Source: Mobula hypostoma (taxonomy: Eukaryota). From it: a stretch of 64,000 bases of DNA. This document shows positions 1 to 11,982 of the stretch, one piece after another; the stretch's first letter is position 1; every line of letters starts with the position of its first letter. The position numbers and the translations under genes are program-made. The DNA is taken from assembly GCF_963921235.1 (NCBI RefSeq), contig NC_086100.1:204540001-204604000 (forward strand). Reading direction: 5' to 3'. The notes below the pieces were generated by a model. It did no database searches and was not told the origin of the DNA. It saw only the letters and a program-made list of their open reading frames with translations.

Positions 1-184
1 TCCTCTCCACATTTGTTGCCTGATCTGCTAATTTCATCCATTATTTTGCAGAAATTAATCACATTTTTTTCAATCAATCAGTTTCCAAATGTTTCTGATC
101 TTTCATTTGCAGGCACATCCTGCTGATCTGATTCCTCTTCCTCCTCCTCGTAAACTCTAGACCCCACCTCTTTCCGGAACCCAA

Positions 185-873
185 AGCCCATGATTGAATG
201 GCGGAGCAGACTCGATGGGCCGAATGGCCTACTTCTGCTCAAATATTTTATGATCTTATGGTCTATTCCACTGATCGACCTGCCAAAGTGCAACCAATAT
301 TTCTGGGTATGTGACCCACTCAAATGAGAATTTAGCCTTTTCTATTTTTCTGAGCTTCTCATAAATGTGTACAGTTTAGTTAGAATTTAGTTTAGCTCCA
401 GAATTTCCACACAATTAAGAGTTTATTACACTTTTTATTTTTATTTTTGCACTACTTATATAATTTAATTACTTAATATGTATATTATTGCAATTCACAG
501 TTGTTAAAATCTATTGTTATGAATTAGGTTCTATTGCTGCAGCAGAGACAATGAATGTCATGACATGGGCCGGTGCTGTTAAACCTGATTCTGATATTGG
601 TATGGGAGACCCACCACCGGTCACCTGATCCCGGTTACCGCAGTTCGTAATGCGAGATTGAAGCCCTTTCCATTTATTTGCATTCCTTCGAAATAACAAC
701 AGTTAAGTTTCCTTCCGAGCAGCTCAGTCTGTCTAATATTTCCACACAATTAAAATGGGGAATTTGTTTACTCTTATCACGTACTGAGCTACAGTGAAAA
801 TCTTGCCTGACGTACCATCCACACAGATCAATATATTACTACAGTACATTGAGCTAATATATGACAAAACAAT
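185..873. repeat. Direct duplication, copy A (CR1 tail, unique DNA and Rex1-like tail)
   Basis: Colinear near-identity with 1857-2553, from agcccatgattgaatggcggagca to atatatgacaaaacaata. Confidence 0.9.
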
Positions 874-1230
874 AGATTGGACAGGCTAGATGCAGGAAGA
901 TTGCTCCCGATGTTGGGGAAGTCCAGAACGAGGGGTCACAGTTTGAGGATAAAGGGGAAGCCTTTTAGTACCGAGATTAGGAAAAACTTCTTCACACAGG
1001 GAGTGGTGAATCTGTGGAATTCTCTGCCACAGGAAACAGTTGAGGCCAGTTCATTGGCTATATTTAAGAGGGAGTTAGATATGGCCCTTGCGGCTAAAGG
1101 GATCAGGGGGTATGGAGGGAAGGCTGGTACAGGGTTCTGAGTTGGATGATCAGCCATGATTACACTGAATGGCTGTGCAGGCTCCAAGTGCGAATGGCCT
1201 ACTCCTGCACCTATTTTCTATGTTTCTATA
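874..1230 (+). mobile_element. CR1 LINE 3' fragment
   Basis: ORF2 C-terminus (RTRGHSLRIKGKPF..FFTQGVVNLWNSLP) plus 3'UTR ending in (ttctatgt)-type repeats. Confidence 0.9.
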
Positions 1231-1239
1231 TTTCTATGA

Positions 1240-1935
1240 TACGCTAAGGGTTAACCTCCAGGTTGAGTCAGTGGTGAAGAAGGCAAATGCATTGTTGGCA
1301 TTCATTTCTAGAGGTATAGAATATAAGAGCAAGGATGCAATGGGGATGCTCCGTGAGACACCCATGACATTACACAGACGAATGTGTGTAGTTTTGGGAT
1401 CATTATTTTAGAAAGGATATACTAACATTGGACAAGGTTCAGAGAAGATTCACGAGAATGATTCCAGGAATGAAAGGATTACCGTATGAGGAATGTCTGG
1501 CAGCTCTTGGACTGTATTTCCTGGAGTTCAGGAGAATGAGGGCGACCTCATGGAAACATTCCGAAATTTAAAATGCCTGAACAGATTAGATATGGCAAAG
1601 TTATTTCCCATGGTAGCGGACTCGAGGACAAGAGGGCATGACTTCAGAATTGAAGGACGCCCATTTAGAACAGAGAGGCGGAGAAATTACTTTAGTCAGT
1701 GGGTGGTAAATCTGTGGAATTTGTTGCCATCAGCAGCTGTGGAGGCCAAGTCATTGGATGTATTTAAGGCACAGATTGATAGGTTGTTGATTAGCCAGCG
1801 CATAAAAGGGTATGGGGTGAAGGCAGGGGAGTGGGGGTGACTGGAAGAATTGGATCAGCCCATGATTGAATGGCGGAGCATATTCGATGGGCCGAATGGC
1901 GTACTTCTGCTCCAATATGTTATGGCTCTTATGGT
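1240..1935 (+). mobile_element. CR1 LINE 3' fragment, different subfamily
   Basis: VVKKANALLAFISRGIEYKS and RTRGHDFRIEGRPF; CR1 3'UTR. Confidence 0.85.
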
Positions 1936-2553
1936 CTATTCCACTGTTTTCACATGCCAAAGTGCAGCCAATATTTCTGGGTATATGACCCATTCATATG
2001 AAAATTTAGCATTTTCTATTTTTCTGAGCTTCTCATAACTGTGTTCAATTTAGTTAACCTTTGGACCAGAATTTCCACACAATTCAAAGAGTTTATTACA
2101 TATTTTATTTTTATTTTTGCACTACTATGTAATTAACTATTTAATATGCATATTATTGTAATTCATAGCTGTTAAAATCTATTGTTATGAATTAGGTTCT
2201 ACTGCTGCAGAGACAACGGATTTCATGACATATGCCGGTGCTATTAAACCTGATTCTGATAATTGGTATGGGAGACCCACCACGGGTCACCTGATCCCGG
2301 TTACCGGAGGTCGTAATGCGAGATTGAAGCCTTTTCCATTTATTTGCATTCCTCAGAAATGACAACAGTTCAGTTGTTTCCTTCTGAGGATCCAAAGCAG
2401 CTCAGTCTGTCTAATATTTCCACACAATTAAAATGGGGAATTTCTTTATTCTTATCACGTACTGAGCTACAGTGAAAATCTTGCCTGACGTACCACCCAC
2501 ATAGATTAATACATTATGACAGTACATTGAGCTGATATATGACAAAACAATAA
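1857..2553. repeat. Direct duplication, copy B
   Basis: Colinear with 185-873. Confidence 0.9.
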
Positions 2554-2927
2554 CTGTAACAAAGCATTATGGCTGCAGAGAAAGTGCAGTGCAGATAGAC
2601 ATGTGGTGCAGGGTTTCGTCGAGTTACATTGTGAGGTCGAGTCCATTTTATCGTACTGGAGACCTTTCAAGTGGCTTGGAACCAGAGACAAGAAGCTGTC
2701 CTCGAGCCTGGTGGTACGCGCATTCAGGCTTTTGTCTCTCTTCCCCGATGGGGGAGCGGGTTTGCAGTGAGAATGTCCAGGTTGTGAAGATATTTGAGTA
2801 CATGGCCTGCTTTTCCGACGCAGGGGAAGTGTAGGAAGAGTCCATAGACGGGAGGCTTGTTTCTCTGATGTTCTCTGTTCCCCAAAGTTCTCTGCAGTTC
2901 CTTGCAGCCATGGGCAGAGCAGTAGCC
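2440..2927 (-). mobile_element. Rex1/Babar-like LINE 3' relic
   Basis: PPSGKRDKSLNARTTRLEDSF resembles the Rex1-type C-terminal LPSGRR..RTTRL..SF motif. Confidence 0.6.
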
Positions 2928-3340
2928 CTACGAAGGCATGAAGCATCGACAAGAAGCTGAGACCTCGGCCCTCACCCTGCCTTGTGTAGCTGGATGCTGG
3001 ACTTCCTGCGAGATCGCCGGCAGGTCGTAAGAGTGGGCTCCCTCACCTCTGTCTCTCTGACCCTCAACACACATACCCAACTGGGTTGTCTCCTTGGCCC
3101 CCTTCTTTACTCTCTGTATTCCCATGACTGTGTCGCCATCCACAGCTCCGATCTGCTAATTAAATTCGTTGACGACCCTACATTGATTGGTCTAAACTCA
3201 AATAATAACGAGGGAACCTACAGAGAAGAAATCATCACCCCAACACAGTGGTGTCAAGAAAGCAACCTCTCCCTCATTGTGACAAAAACAAAGGAGCTGG
3301 TTGTAGACTACAGGAGGAATGGAGACAGGGACCAAATTTA
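2928..3340 (+). mobile_element. Rex1/Babar-like RT fragment
   Basis: CSWMLDFLRDRRQVVRVG..GCLLGPLLYSLY.HDC..IKFVDD..KTKELVVDYRR. Confidence 0.8.
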
Positions 3341-3619
3341 ACATTTCCAAGTCTGTTATTGACACAAAATGCACATTTTAATGTTGATCATGACACAATG
3401 TATTTTATACAATATTAATGACAGAAAAACATATTTATAGATTGTTACTGTCAGAGAATTGTATAATTTATGTTCCGTGTCTTATCTGAATGTACGTGCC
3501 TGTGATGCTGCTACAAGTCAATGTTTCTCTGTACCTGTACCTTCCCGTACTTGTGCACTTGGGAATAAATTCAACAGGACCTGAGAGAATTCAGTGAGAT
3601 TTGATTCGTGATGATCATC

Positions 3620-3988
3620 TTGGCAACTCGGTACGTCGAATGTTAAGAGACAGTACACTGTTAAGTGCAAAACCCTGAACAGTGTTGATGATCAGAGGGA
3701 TCTTAGAGTCGAAGTTCATCGTTCCCTGAAAGAGACTGCACCGATTGATCGGGTGGTTCAGAAGGCAAATGGTATGGTTGTCATTATCAGTTGAAGCACT
3801 GAGTTCAAAAGTCAGGAAGTTGTGTTGCAGCTTTATAAAATGAGTTAGACCACATCTGGAGTGTTTCATACAGTTCTGGTCACCCCATTCTCGGAAGGAT
3901 GTCGGGGCTTTGACGAGGGTGCAGAAAAGGTTTATCAGGATATTGTCTGGATTAGAGGGCATGAGCTGTAACGCGAGGTTGCACAAAC
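3620..3988 (+). mobile_element. Old CR1 fragment
   Basis: Degenerate VRPHLE.FWSP..RVQKRFIRILSGLEG. Confidence 0.7.
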
Positions 3989-4380
3989 TTGCTCTGGCAA
4001 CACACATCAAAGTTGCTGGTGAACGCAGCAGGCCAGGCAGCATCTCTAGGAAGAGGTACAGTCATCGTTTCAGGCCGAGACCCTTCGTCAGGACTAACTG
4101 AAGGAAGAGTGAGTAAGGGATTTGAAAGTTGGAGGGGGAGGGGAAGATCAGAAAATGATAGGAGAAGACAGGAGGGGGAGGGATGAATCCAAGAGCTGGA
4201 CAGGTGATTGGCAAAATGGGATATGAGAGGATCATGGGACAGGGGATCCTCTCGTATCCCTTTTGCCTATCACCTGTCCAGCTCTTGGCTCTATCCCTCC
4301 CCCTCCTGTCTTCTCCTATCATTTCGGATCTCCCCCTCCCCCTCCAACTTTCAAATCCCTTACTCACTCTTCCTTCAGTT

Positions 4381-4416
4381 AGTCCTGACGAACGGTCTCA
4401 GCCTGAAACGTCGACT
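4381..4416 (+). ncRNA. Minimal hammerhead ribozyme motif with a helix II mismatch
   Basis: agtc-CTGACGA-acggtctcagcct-GAAAcgTC-gact. Confidence 0.6.
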
Positions 4417-5550
4417 GCACCTCTTCCTAGAGATGCTGCCTGGCCTGCTGCGTTCACCAGCAACTTTTATGTGTGTTGCTTGAATTTCCAGCATCTGCAG
4501 AATTCCTGTTGTTTGTGAGAGAAAGAATGTGTGTATAAAAATAAATAAAGGGGCTTCCCTTCCTCCACTATCAACTCTGCTCTCCCCCATTTCACGTACA
4601 TCTGCTCCCACTCCATCCTCCCGCCACCCCACTAGGAATAGGGTTCCCCTGGTCCTCACCTACCACCCCACCAGCCTCCGGGTCCAACATATTATTCTCC
4701 GTAACTTCTGCCACCTCCAATGGGATCCCACCACTAAGCACATCTTTCCCTCCCCATCTCTCTCTGCTTTCCGCAGGGATCGCTCCCTACGCGACTCCCT
4801 TGTCCATTCGTCTCCCCCCTCCCTCCCCACCGATCTCCTTCCTGGCACTTATCCTTGTATGCGGAACAAGTGCTACACATGCCCTTACATTTCCTCCCTT
4901 ACCACCATTCAGGGCCCCAGACAGTCCTTCCAGGTGAGGCGACACTTCACCTGTGAGTCGGCTGGGGTGATATACTGCGTCCGGTGCTCCCGATGTGGCC
5001 TTCTATAAATTGGCGAGACCCGATGCAGACTGGGAGACTGCTTTGCTGAACACCTACGTTCTGTCCGCCAGAGAAAGCAGGATCTCCCAGTGGCCACACA
5101 TTTTAATTCCACATCCCATTCCCATTCTGACATGTGTATCCACGGCCTCCTGTACTGTAAAGATGAAGCCACACTCAGGTTGGAGGAACAACACCTTATA
5201 TTCCGTCTGGGTAGTCTCCAACCTGATGACATGAACATCGACTTCTCTAACTTCCGCTAATGCCCCACCTCCCCCTCGTACCCCATCCGTTATTTATTTT
5301 TATACACACATTCTTTCTCTCACTCTCCTTTTTCTCCCTCTGTCCCTCTGACTATACCCCTTGCCCATCCTCTGGGTTCCCCCCCCCTTGTCTTTCTCCC
5401 CGGACCTCCTGTCCCATGATCCTCTCATATCCCTTTTGCCTATCACCTGTCCAGCTCTTGGCTCCATCCCTCCCCCTCCTGTCTTCTATCATTTTGGATC
5501 TCCCCCTCCCCTTCCAGCTTTCAAATCCCTTACTCACTCTTCCTTCAGTT

Positions 5551-5586
5551 AGTCCTGACGAAGGGTCTCGGCCCGAAACGTCGACT
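5551..5586 (+). ncRNA. Minimal type I hammerhead ribozyme motif in the Penelope terminal repeat
   Basis: agtc-CTGACGA-a-gggt ctcg gccc-GAAA-cg-TC-gact: CUGANGA and GAAA cores, helix I AGUC/GACU, palindromic ACGU helix III, GUC cleavage triplet. Confidence 0.8.
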
Positions 5587-5699
5587 GCACCTCTTCCTAG
5601 AGATGCTGTCTGGCCTGCTGCGTTCACCAGCAACTTTGGTGTGTGTTGCTTGAATTTCCAGCATCTGCAGAATTCCTGTTGTTTACAAACTTGCTCTGC

Positions 5700-6235
5700 C
5701 TGCGTTGTGGTCACGTGATCACGTTTGCCCCCCCCCCATTTAACCGCAGATGGGCCTCATCAGCGCGTCTGTTTCAGAGGCCCCGCCCTCCGGATGACGC
5801 AACATTCACTTTGCGCATGCTCACTCCCTCTCCGGGTGCGGGCTGTTTTCCTTTCCGCTCAGTGCTGAAGCCGATTGTCTGCAGGATCGGGAACGGATCC
5901 TCGCCTCTTGGGTGGGTTGCCGGGGGTCGGGATCACTGTCTGCAGGCTGAAGATATGAATTTCCCATCGGTGAGCATTGAGACCGATCCCGAGCGGGGAG
6001 ATCCGATGTTAGCCGTGAGCCCCGAACTGAGAGCCAATTACTCATTTATTTTTCAGTTATCTGGGCTGGTCAAAAATGTGTAGACTTCACTTATTCTGCA
6101 TTGAATGATCCAAATCAGGAGCCCAGGTTGTCTATTTCTGCAGAATTGAAATGGACGTCCCGCCAACCGGTCACGTGAGGCTGTGTGCCGCAGATCCGCC
6201 CCGTCCTCCGCTCTGTGTCGCAAGATCACGTGGTC
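5700..6235 (+). promoter_or_regulatory. CpG-rich promoter-like island with a candidate first exon (donor at 5970)
   Basis: GGTCACGTGA E-boxes (5709, ~6169), GC box 5781, TGACGCAA 5795, NRF1-like TGCGCATGCTCA 5812, tcg|gtgagc donor. Confidence 0.6.
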
Positions 6236-6939
6236 TGTAGGAATCCCTGGATGGGTGGTGATGCTTTCTCCATGCTGTGTTGGGAAAATCTGATGCTGGC
6301 CACTGAGTCCCGTTAACTTCCCCTAACTTACCTCGCTTCCTGAGGCTCCTGACATTCGTCTTTGAGCTTTATGGCTGTTCTGTCTTCTCCCCGATTGGAG
6401 TGAGTGAGAAAGGAGAACTTCCCAGATTGTGGATATCATTGATTTCACTGCCTGCTTTACCCTCCAAAGATCTCTGCAGTTCCTCGCAGTCACAGGCCGA
6501 GTAGATACCACGCAAAGCGTGAAGTATCCGGATGGGAAACTTTCTGTGGTGTGTTGATAAAAATTGGGTGAGGGTCAAAGTATATATGGCAAATTTCTTC
6601 TTGTTTGTGCTTTGTCATTTCAGAACTTTTATACAGTAGTATGTACTAGTAATTCAGTATCTGTGTATTACTGGAGGACCATCAGTGATTGTCCTTGATC
6701 CCTTCTCCCACCTGGTTCCATCTGCTTATCCCTGCCCATCTTGTTCAACCTCTGTCCAGACTCCCAACCCCAACTTTCCACCCCCCCACCACCACTTCAG
6801 TGATATGAATCCACCATCTGGGTCAACCTCGGTGCACACTGTATCCCACCAGCTCAATGTTATATGTCAGCAATCTTTCTTCGAAACCTTTGTCTTCATT
6901 GTGAAGTGTTCTTTTACACCTTTGGCCTCGCTGAGTTAT

Positions 6940-7247
6940 TTCCAGAATCATTTTTTGTTAGCTGGAATGCCAGAGGATCATCAGGTACCAGTTCTGTTGC
7001 GCATTGGTCTGGGACTGCTAGTTTTTGAACTGTGACTGGCTGACACACTACAGCATTTTACTGGCAGCAAAGAGTACTGGGAGAGTTGGTGCTTGGGCTA
7101 TAATCCTGTGATCTACACTCCAGGCATATGCAACTGTCAGCTTTGACTTTGGTTAGTGCTTCTACAGATGCGGCTGGATGGTTGTCCTTCTGAAATGAAG
7201 CAGAAATTTCGAGCAGCTGGACACTGGTTGTGGGGAAATCCCGGATT
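6940..7247 (+). repeat. Non-TE-looking block with an inverted copy at 35699-36013
   Basis: Reverse-complement match, e.g. gctgacacactacagcattttactggcagcaaag. Confidence 0.85.
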
Positions 7248-7574
7248 GATCGGCTTTATGTATGAGGAACATTTGATGTTTATGGGGCTGTGCTCAATGG
7301 AGGTCAGATGGGGGGGGCGCGGTGAAAGGGGGTGTGTGGTTGTGTAAACCTACTGAATGCTGAAAAGCCTGGTTACAGTGGACATGGCGAGAATGCTTCC
7401 ATTACACGGAGAGTCAGTGATCTGACAGCACAGTCTCAGAATAAAAACACTTCCCTTTAAAACTGAGATGAGAAAAATGTCTTCAGCCAACAGATGGCTG
7501 ATCTGTGGAATTTGTTGCCACAGAGGGTGGTTGAGGCTGTCATTTGGGTATATTTTTGACAGAGATTAATATAT

Positions 7575-8445
7575 GCTGGGTGGCAGTGTTAGCTGTGAGG
7601 AGATGCATCTGGGTGGCAGATGCAATTTAATGTGGATAAATGTGAAGTTATCCACTTTGGTGGCAAAAATAGGAAAACAGATTATTATCTGAATGGTGGC
7701 CGATTAGGAAAAGGGGAGGTGCAACGAGACCTGGGTGTCATTATACACCAGTCATTGAAAGTGGGCATGCAGGTACAGCAGGTGGTGAAAAAGGCGAATG
7801 GTATGCTGGCATTTATAGCGAGAGGATTCGAGTACAGGAGCAGGGAGGTACTACTGCAGTTGTACAAGGCCTTGGTGAGACCACACCTGGAGTATTGTGT
7901 GCAGTTTTGGTCCCCTAATCTGAGGAAAGACATCCTTGCCATAGAGGGAGTACAATGAAGGTTAACCAGTTTGATTCCTGGGATGGCAGGACTTTCATAT
8001 GAAGAAAGACTGCATGAACTGGGCTTGTACTCGTTGGAATTTAGAAGATTGAGGGGGGATCTGATTGAAATGTATAAAATCCTAAAGGGATTGGACAGGC
8101 TAGATGCAGGAAGATTGTTCCCGATGTTGGGGAAGTCCAGAATGAGGGGTCACAGTTTGAGGATAAAGGGGAAGCCTTTTAGGACCGAGATTAGGAAAAA
8201 CTTCTTCACACAGAGAGTGGTGAATCTGTGGAATTCTCTGCCACAGGAAACAGTTGAGGCCAGTTCATTGGCTATATTTAAGAGGGAATTAGATTTGGCC
8301 CTTGTGGCTACTGGGATCAGGGGGTATGGAGGGAAGGCTGGTGCAGGGTTCTGAGTTGGATGATCAGCCATGATCATAATAAATGGCGGTGCAGGCTCGA
8401 AGGGATGAATGGCCTACTCCTGCCCCTATTTTCTATGTTTCTATT
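7575..8445 (+). mobile_element. CR1 LINE 3' fragment, inserted in an older CR1 relic (~7250-8580)
   Basis: [28 protein letters not shown]..; premature stop at 7956. Confidence 0.9.
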
Positions 8446-11022
8446 CATGATTGCTCAGTAGCTTCAGGGTTACAGGAGGAAGGCAGGAATATGGTGTTGT
8501 AATAAATCTCAGCCAAGTTTGAGTGGTGGAGCAGACTCGATGGATCGAGTCACCTAATTCTGTTCCTACAGCTTATATGTTACCATGACTGAAGGTTGTA
8601 GGTTGTTATCAGCCAAAATTGGCTGTATAGGGATGGGAGGTATCCCCTCCTCAATGTTTTTCCATTGAACGTCATATGATGAGTTGCACCAACATATCAA
8701 CTGTCAACTGTACTGCAAAATAATAACTCTAAGAGAAGGTAAGCCCCATCCTTGGCGAATTGAATATTTTGAGATGAACTCTAGGCCTTTTACCTTGCCA
8801 TATATATCTTCATAACATTTTGTTTCATTTATTGAATTGATTTTGGTTAATCTCTATTGGTAGGGTCTGAAAGAGAGATAATAGTGTGGGCAGTATATTC
8901 ATTTTAATAGATTCAATCCTTGAACTGAGACCAAAAAAAGGAATTAGGTTCCATCTTGTTATCTCTTTCTTAATTTTTTTAAATCTAGGCTGATAATTGC
9001 ATTCTGATAGTTTTGCCAAATCTTTCGGCATAATAATGCCCAAATATTTGAAAGATTCTGTTTGCCATGCCCAGAGATATTTACTTTCAATATCTCTTGG
9101 TGGGCTATGGTTATATGAAAGTAATTGTGTTTTATCTATGTTCATCTTGTATCCTCATAATTGACCATATTGTTCAAAGGATTGCATGAATTTAAGTAAA
9201 GAGTATGTTAGTTGCCCCAGATAGATCAAAATGTCATCTGTGTAACAAACCAATTTATGCTCTGTCCGTTTAATAGTAATTCCCCTGATATCTTCATTTT
9301 GTCTGATGTATTGAGCTAATTGTTTCAGATATAATGTGAAGAGTAGCGGTGACCATGCACAACCCTGTCTCGTGCCCCTTTCTAGGGTAAAACCATTAGA
9401 TAATTATCCATTGATTTTAATCCTAGTAATAGGATTGTCACATAGTGCCTGTATAGTGTTAGTAATTGCGTTATGGAAACCAAATCTATGTAAAACTCTG
9501 TAAAGAAAATTCCAATTAACCGAATCAAATGCCTTTTCAGCGTCCACGCTCATCACTATTGCTTCAATTTTATTTTTTTGTATATAATCCATAATGTGAA
9601 GTGTCCTTCGTATATGGTCTTGTGTTTGGCGTTGTTGTATAAAACCTGTCTGATCATTATGTATCAGTATTGGTAGAAACTCTTCTAATCATTTGGCCAT
9701 GATTGAGGTAAATAATCTATAATCTACATTAAGAACAGATATTGGTCTAAAAGACCCACATTCCATGTTATCCTTGCCTTCATTCGGTATACCTGAGATC
9801 ATCACTTCCTTCCAGCTGGGTGGCATTTGCGCCTTTGTTAGAGCCCAGTTCAGTGTAGGGAGTAAGACAGGAATGAACTCATTTTTAAATTCTTTGTACT
9901 ACTCTGCCGTATACCCATCCAATCCTGGTGACTTGCTTAATTTAAGCCTACTAACTGCAGTTTTTAGTTCAGCTTCAGTTATGTCAGAAATCATCGTTCT
10001 ATTTTGTTCTTCCTTTAAAGTGGGTAACTCTAGAGAATTCAGGAAGGTGTCATTTTGGGTTATGCTTCCCCCTGGAACTTTGGAATATAGAGTTTTGTAA
10101 AACATTTCAAAAGCTTCTTGAATTTCACTTAGCTTATTTTTTTAATCACTTTTGTTCTTGGATACCTTATTCTATGAATTGTATTTTCTGCTATCTTTTT
10201 TTTTCAATTTTCACGCCAGCATTTTCATCAACTTAGATCCACTTTCATAATGTCTCTGTTTCAGAAACATTAAATTTTTCCTGATTTCTTGCGTAGCCAA
10301 ACAATTAATTTCAATCCTAATTTTTAAAATTTCCTCTAGTGTATCCTGTGCCAAACTCAATTTGTGTTTTTTCTAGTTCCTTCAGTTTATTTTGTAATTC
10401 CTCCAATGTTTTATTCCTTATTTTTTTCTTATATGATGATATCGCTATAAATTTCCCTCTGAAGACAGCCTTCAGAGTATCCCATAGAATGGGAGGTGAA
10501 ACCTCCCCATTATCATTGAATTCGAAGTAAAGACCAATTTCTTTTTTAATTTGTTCCTTAAAATAGGGATTATTGACTAGAGTTGAATTCAGTTTCCAAA
10601 TTGTTTTCTTTAGTTGTAGGTCTAAATCAACAGATGAATATATAGGTGTGTGGTCACTCACATCTATTTAACCAATTCCACAGGTATTTATTTTGTCTTT
10701 GTCTTTTCCAAATGTTATGAAATAGTCATTCTTGTATATACAGAATGGGGGGGGGGAGCAGAATAATGAGTGTAATCCCTTCTGTCGGGGAAAAGGTCCC
10801 TCCATATATCAATTAGAGCAACATCCTCAAAAAGTGTATTGACTTTCTTTGGTAAGGATCTTGTTTCATACGTTCTTCTATTGGAAGAGTCTAACTTTGG
10901 TTGTAATTGTAAATTTAAGTCTCCCCCACATATCAGGAGACCTTCTGTTTCCATTACCATAATATTAGTAATTTTCTGAAAGAAACCAATATCACTTTCT
11001 GGGGGTGCCTATATTTTCAATA

Positions 11023-11218
11023 TGTATTATATATATAGGAGGGTCAGACACCCTGAGCCAATAGGCTGATCCTGGACTTATTTCCTGGCATAAGTTACAT
11101 ATTACTATTTAATTATTTATGGTTTTATTACTATTTAATTACTTGTGGTGCAACTGTAACGAAAACCAATTTCCCACGGGATCAATAAAGTATGACTATG
11201 ATTATGTCTATGACTATG
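11023..11218 (+). mobile_element. Short retro-insertion (LINE 3' end) inside L1 ORF2
   Basis: Ends aatttcccacgggatcaataaag plus (atgact)n tail; interrupts L1 coding sequence. Confidence 0.7.
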
Positions 11219-11982
11219 AATAGAGTAACTGAATTTCCATCTATATTCCCCCTTACCAGAATATATCTACCCTCCATATCTCCCATTTCGAATATTTTTT
11301 CAAAATTTAGTTTGCTTGAGATGAGAATAGCAACTCCTCTCCTATGTACTGATTTATATGAGGAGAAAAACAAATTAGTGAAGCCCATTCTCTTTAGTTT
11401 TCTATGCTCGTTGTCACTTGTGAGTTTCATGTAAATATACTACATGGGCTTGTTCTTTTTTTCATTTTGTATAGAATTTTACTGCGTTTGATAGATTTCA
11501 CAGCCCATTGACATTAAAAGAAATGAATTTTACTTTGCTCTTAGCCATGTGTATTTATGTCAGTATATCACTGAAATTAGCAGAATAAAACTTAATCGAC
11601 CTCCTCCTTGAACAAACAAGAACCAAGAAACGCGAATAATGAACAAAAAGGCAACAAAGGCATGATGTGAAGGCTGAGGTGTCTAGCAGATGACCCTGGG
11701 TTGAGCTAGTGGAAACGTCTAGCCATGGGGGATAGCCCCTCCTACCTGTGAGTTGAGGGCCCCCATTGCAGTACCTATAAAAGTAAGTGAAAAAATCTAT
11801 GTGCATTACACAGAAAAGATTTCCCCGTGTATTCCTCCCATGTATTTATTCTCATTTAAGAGGGAAGAAGGAGTGAATGTACAAATAAAAACTAAAATAA
11901 TTGAGTAATATAAAATTCACACTGTAGTAAGTATTTCTTGAGATAAGTATAGCACAATATATTTTTGCTTCTGCTTATTTTA

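Larger units (their letters stand above)
3995..5686 (+). mobile_element. Penelope-like element: inverted partial terminal repeat, direct partial repeat, then GIY-YIG 3' body and terminal repeat
   Basis: RVPLVLTYHP..AFRRDRSLRDSLV..C..CYTC..FTCESAGVIYCVRCSRCGLL*IGET is the Penelope GIY-YIG region; terminal repeat present three times, once inverted (3995-4244). Confidence 0.9.

Noticed and set aside
78..323. Minus-strand ORF with an acidic EEEEEESD stretch
   Set aside because: The 5' half is antisense CR1 tail; the rest is short, with no clear splice sites or recognisable domain
5643..6083. 146-aa ORF over the CpG island
   Set aside because: Starts in a Penelope repeat; GC-rich chance ORF with no domain
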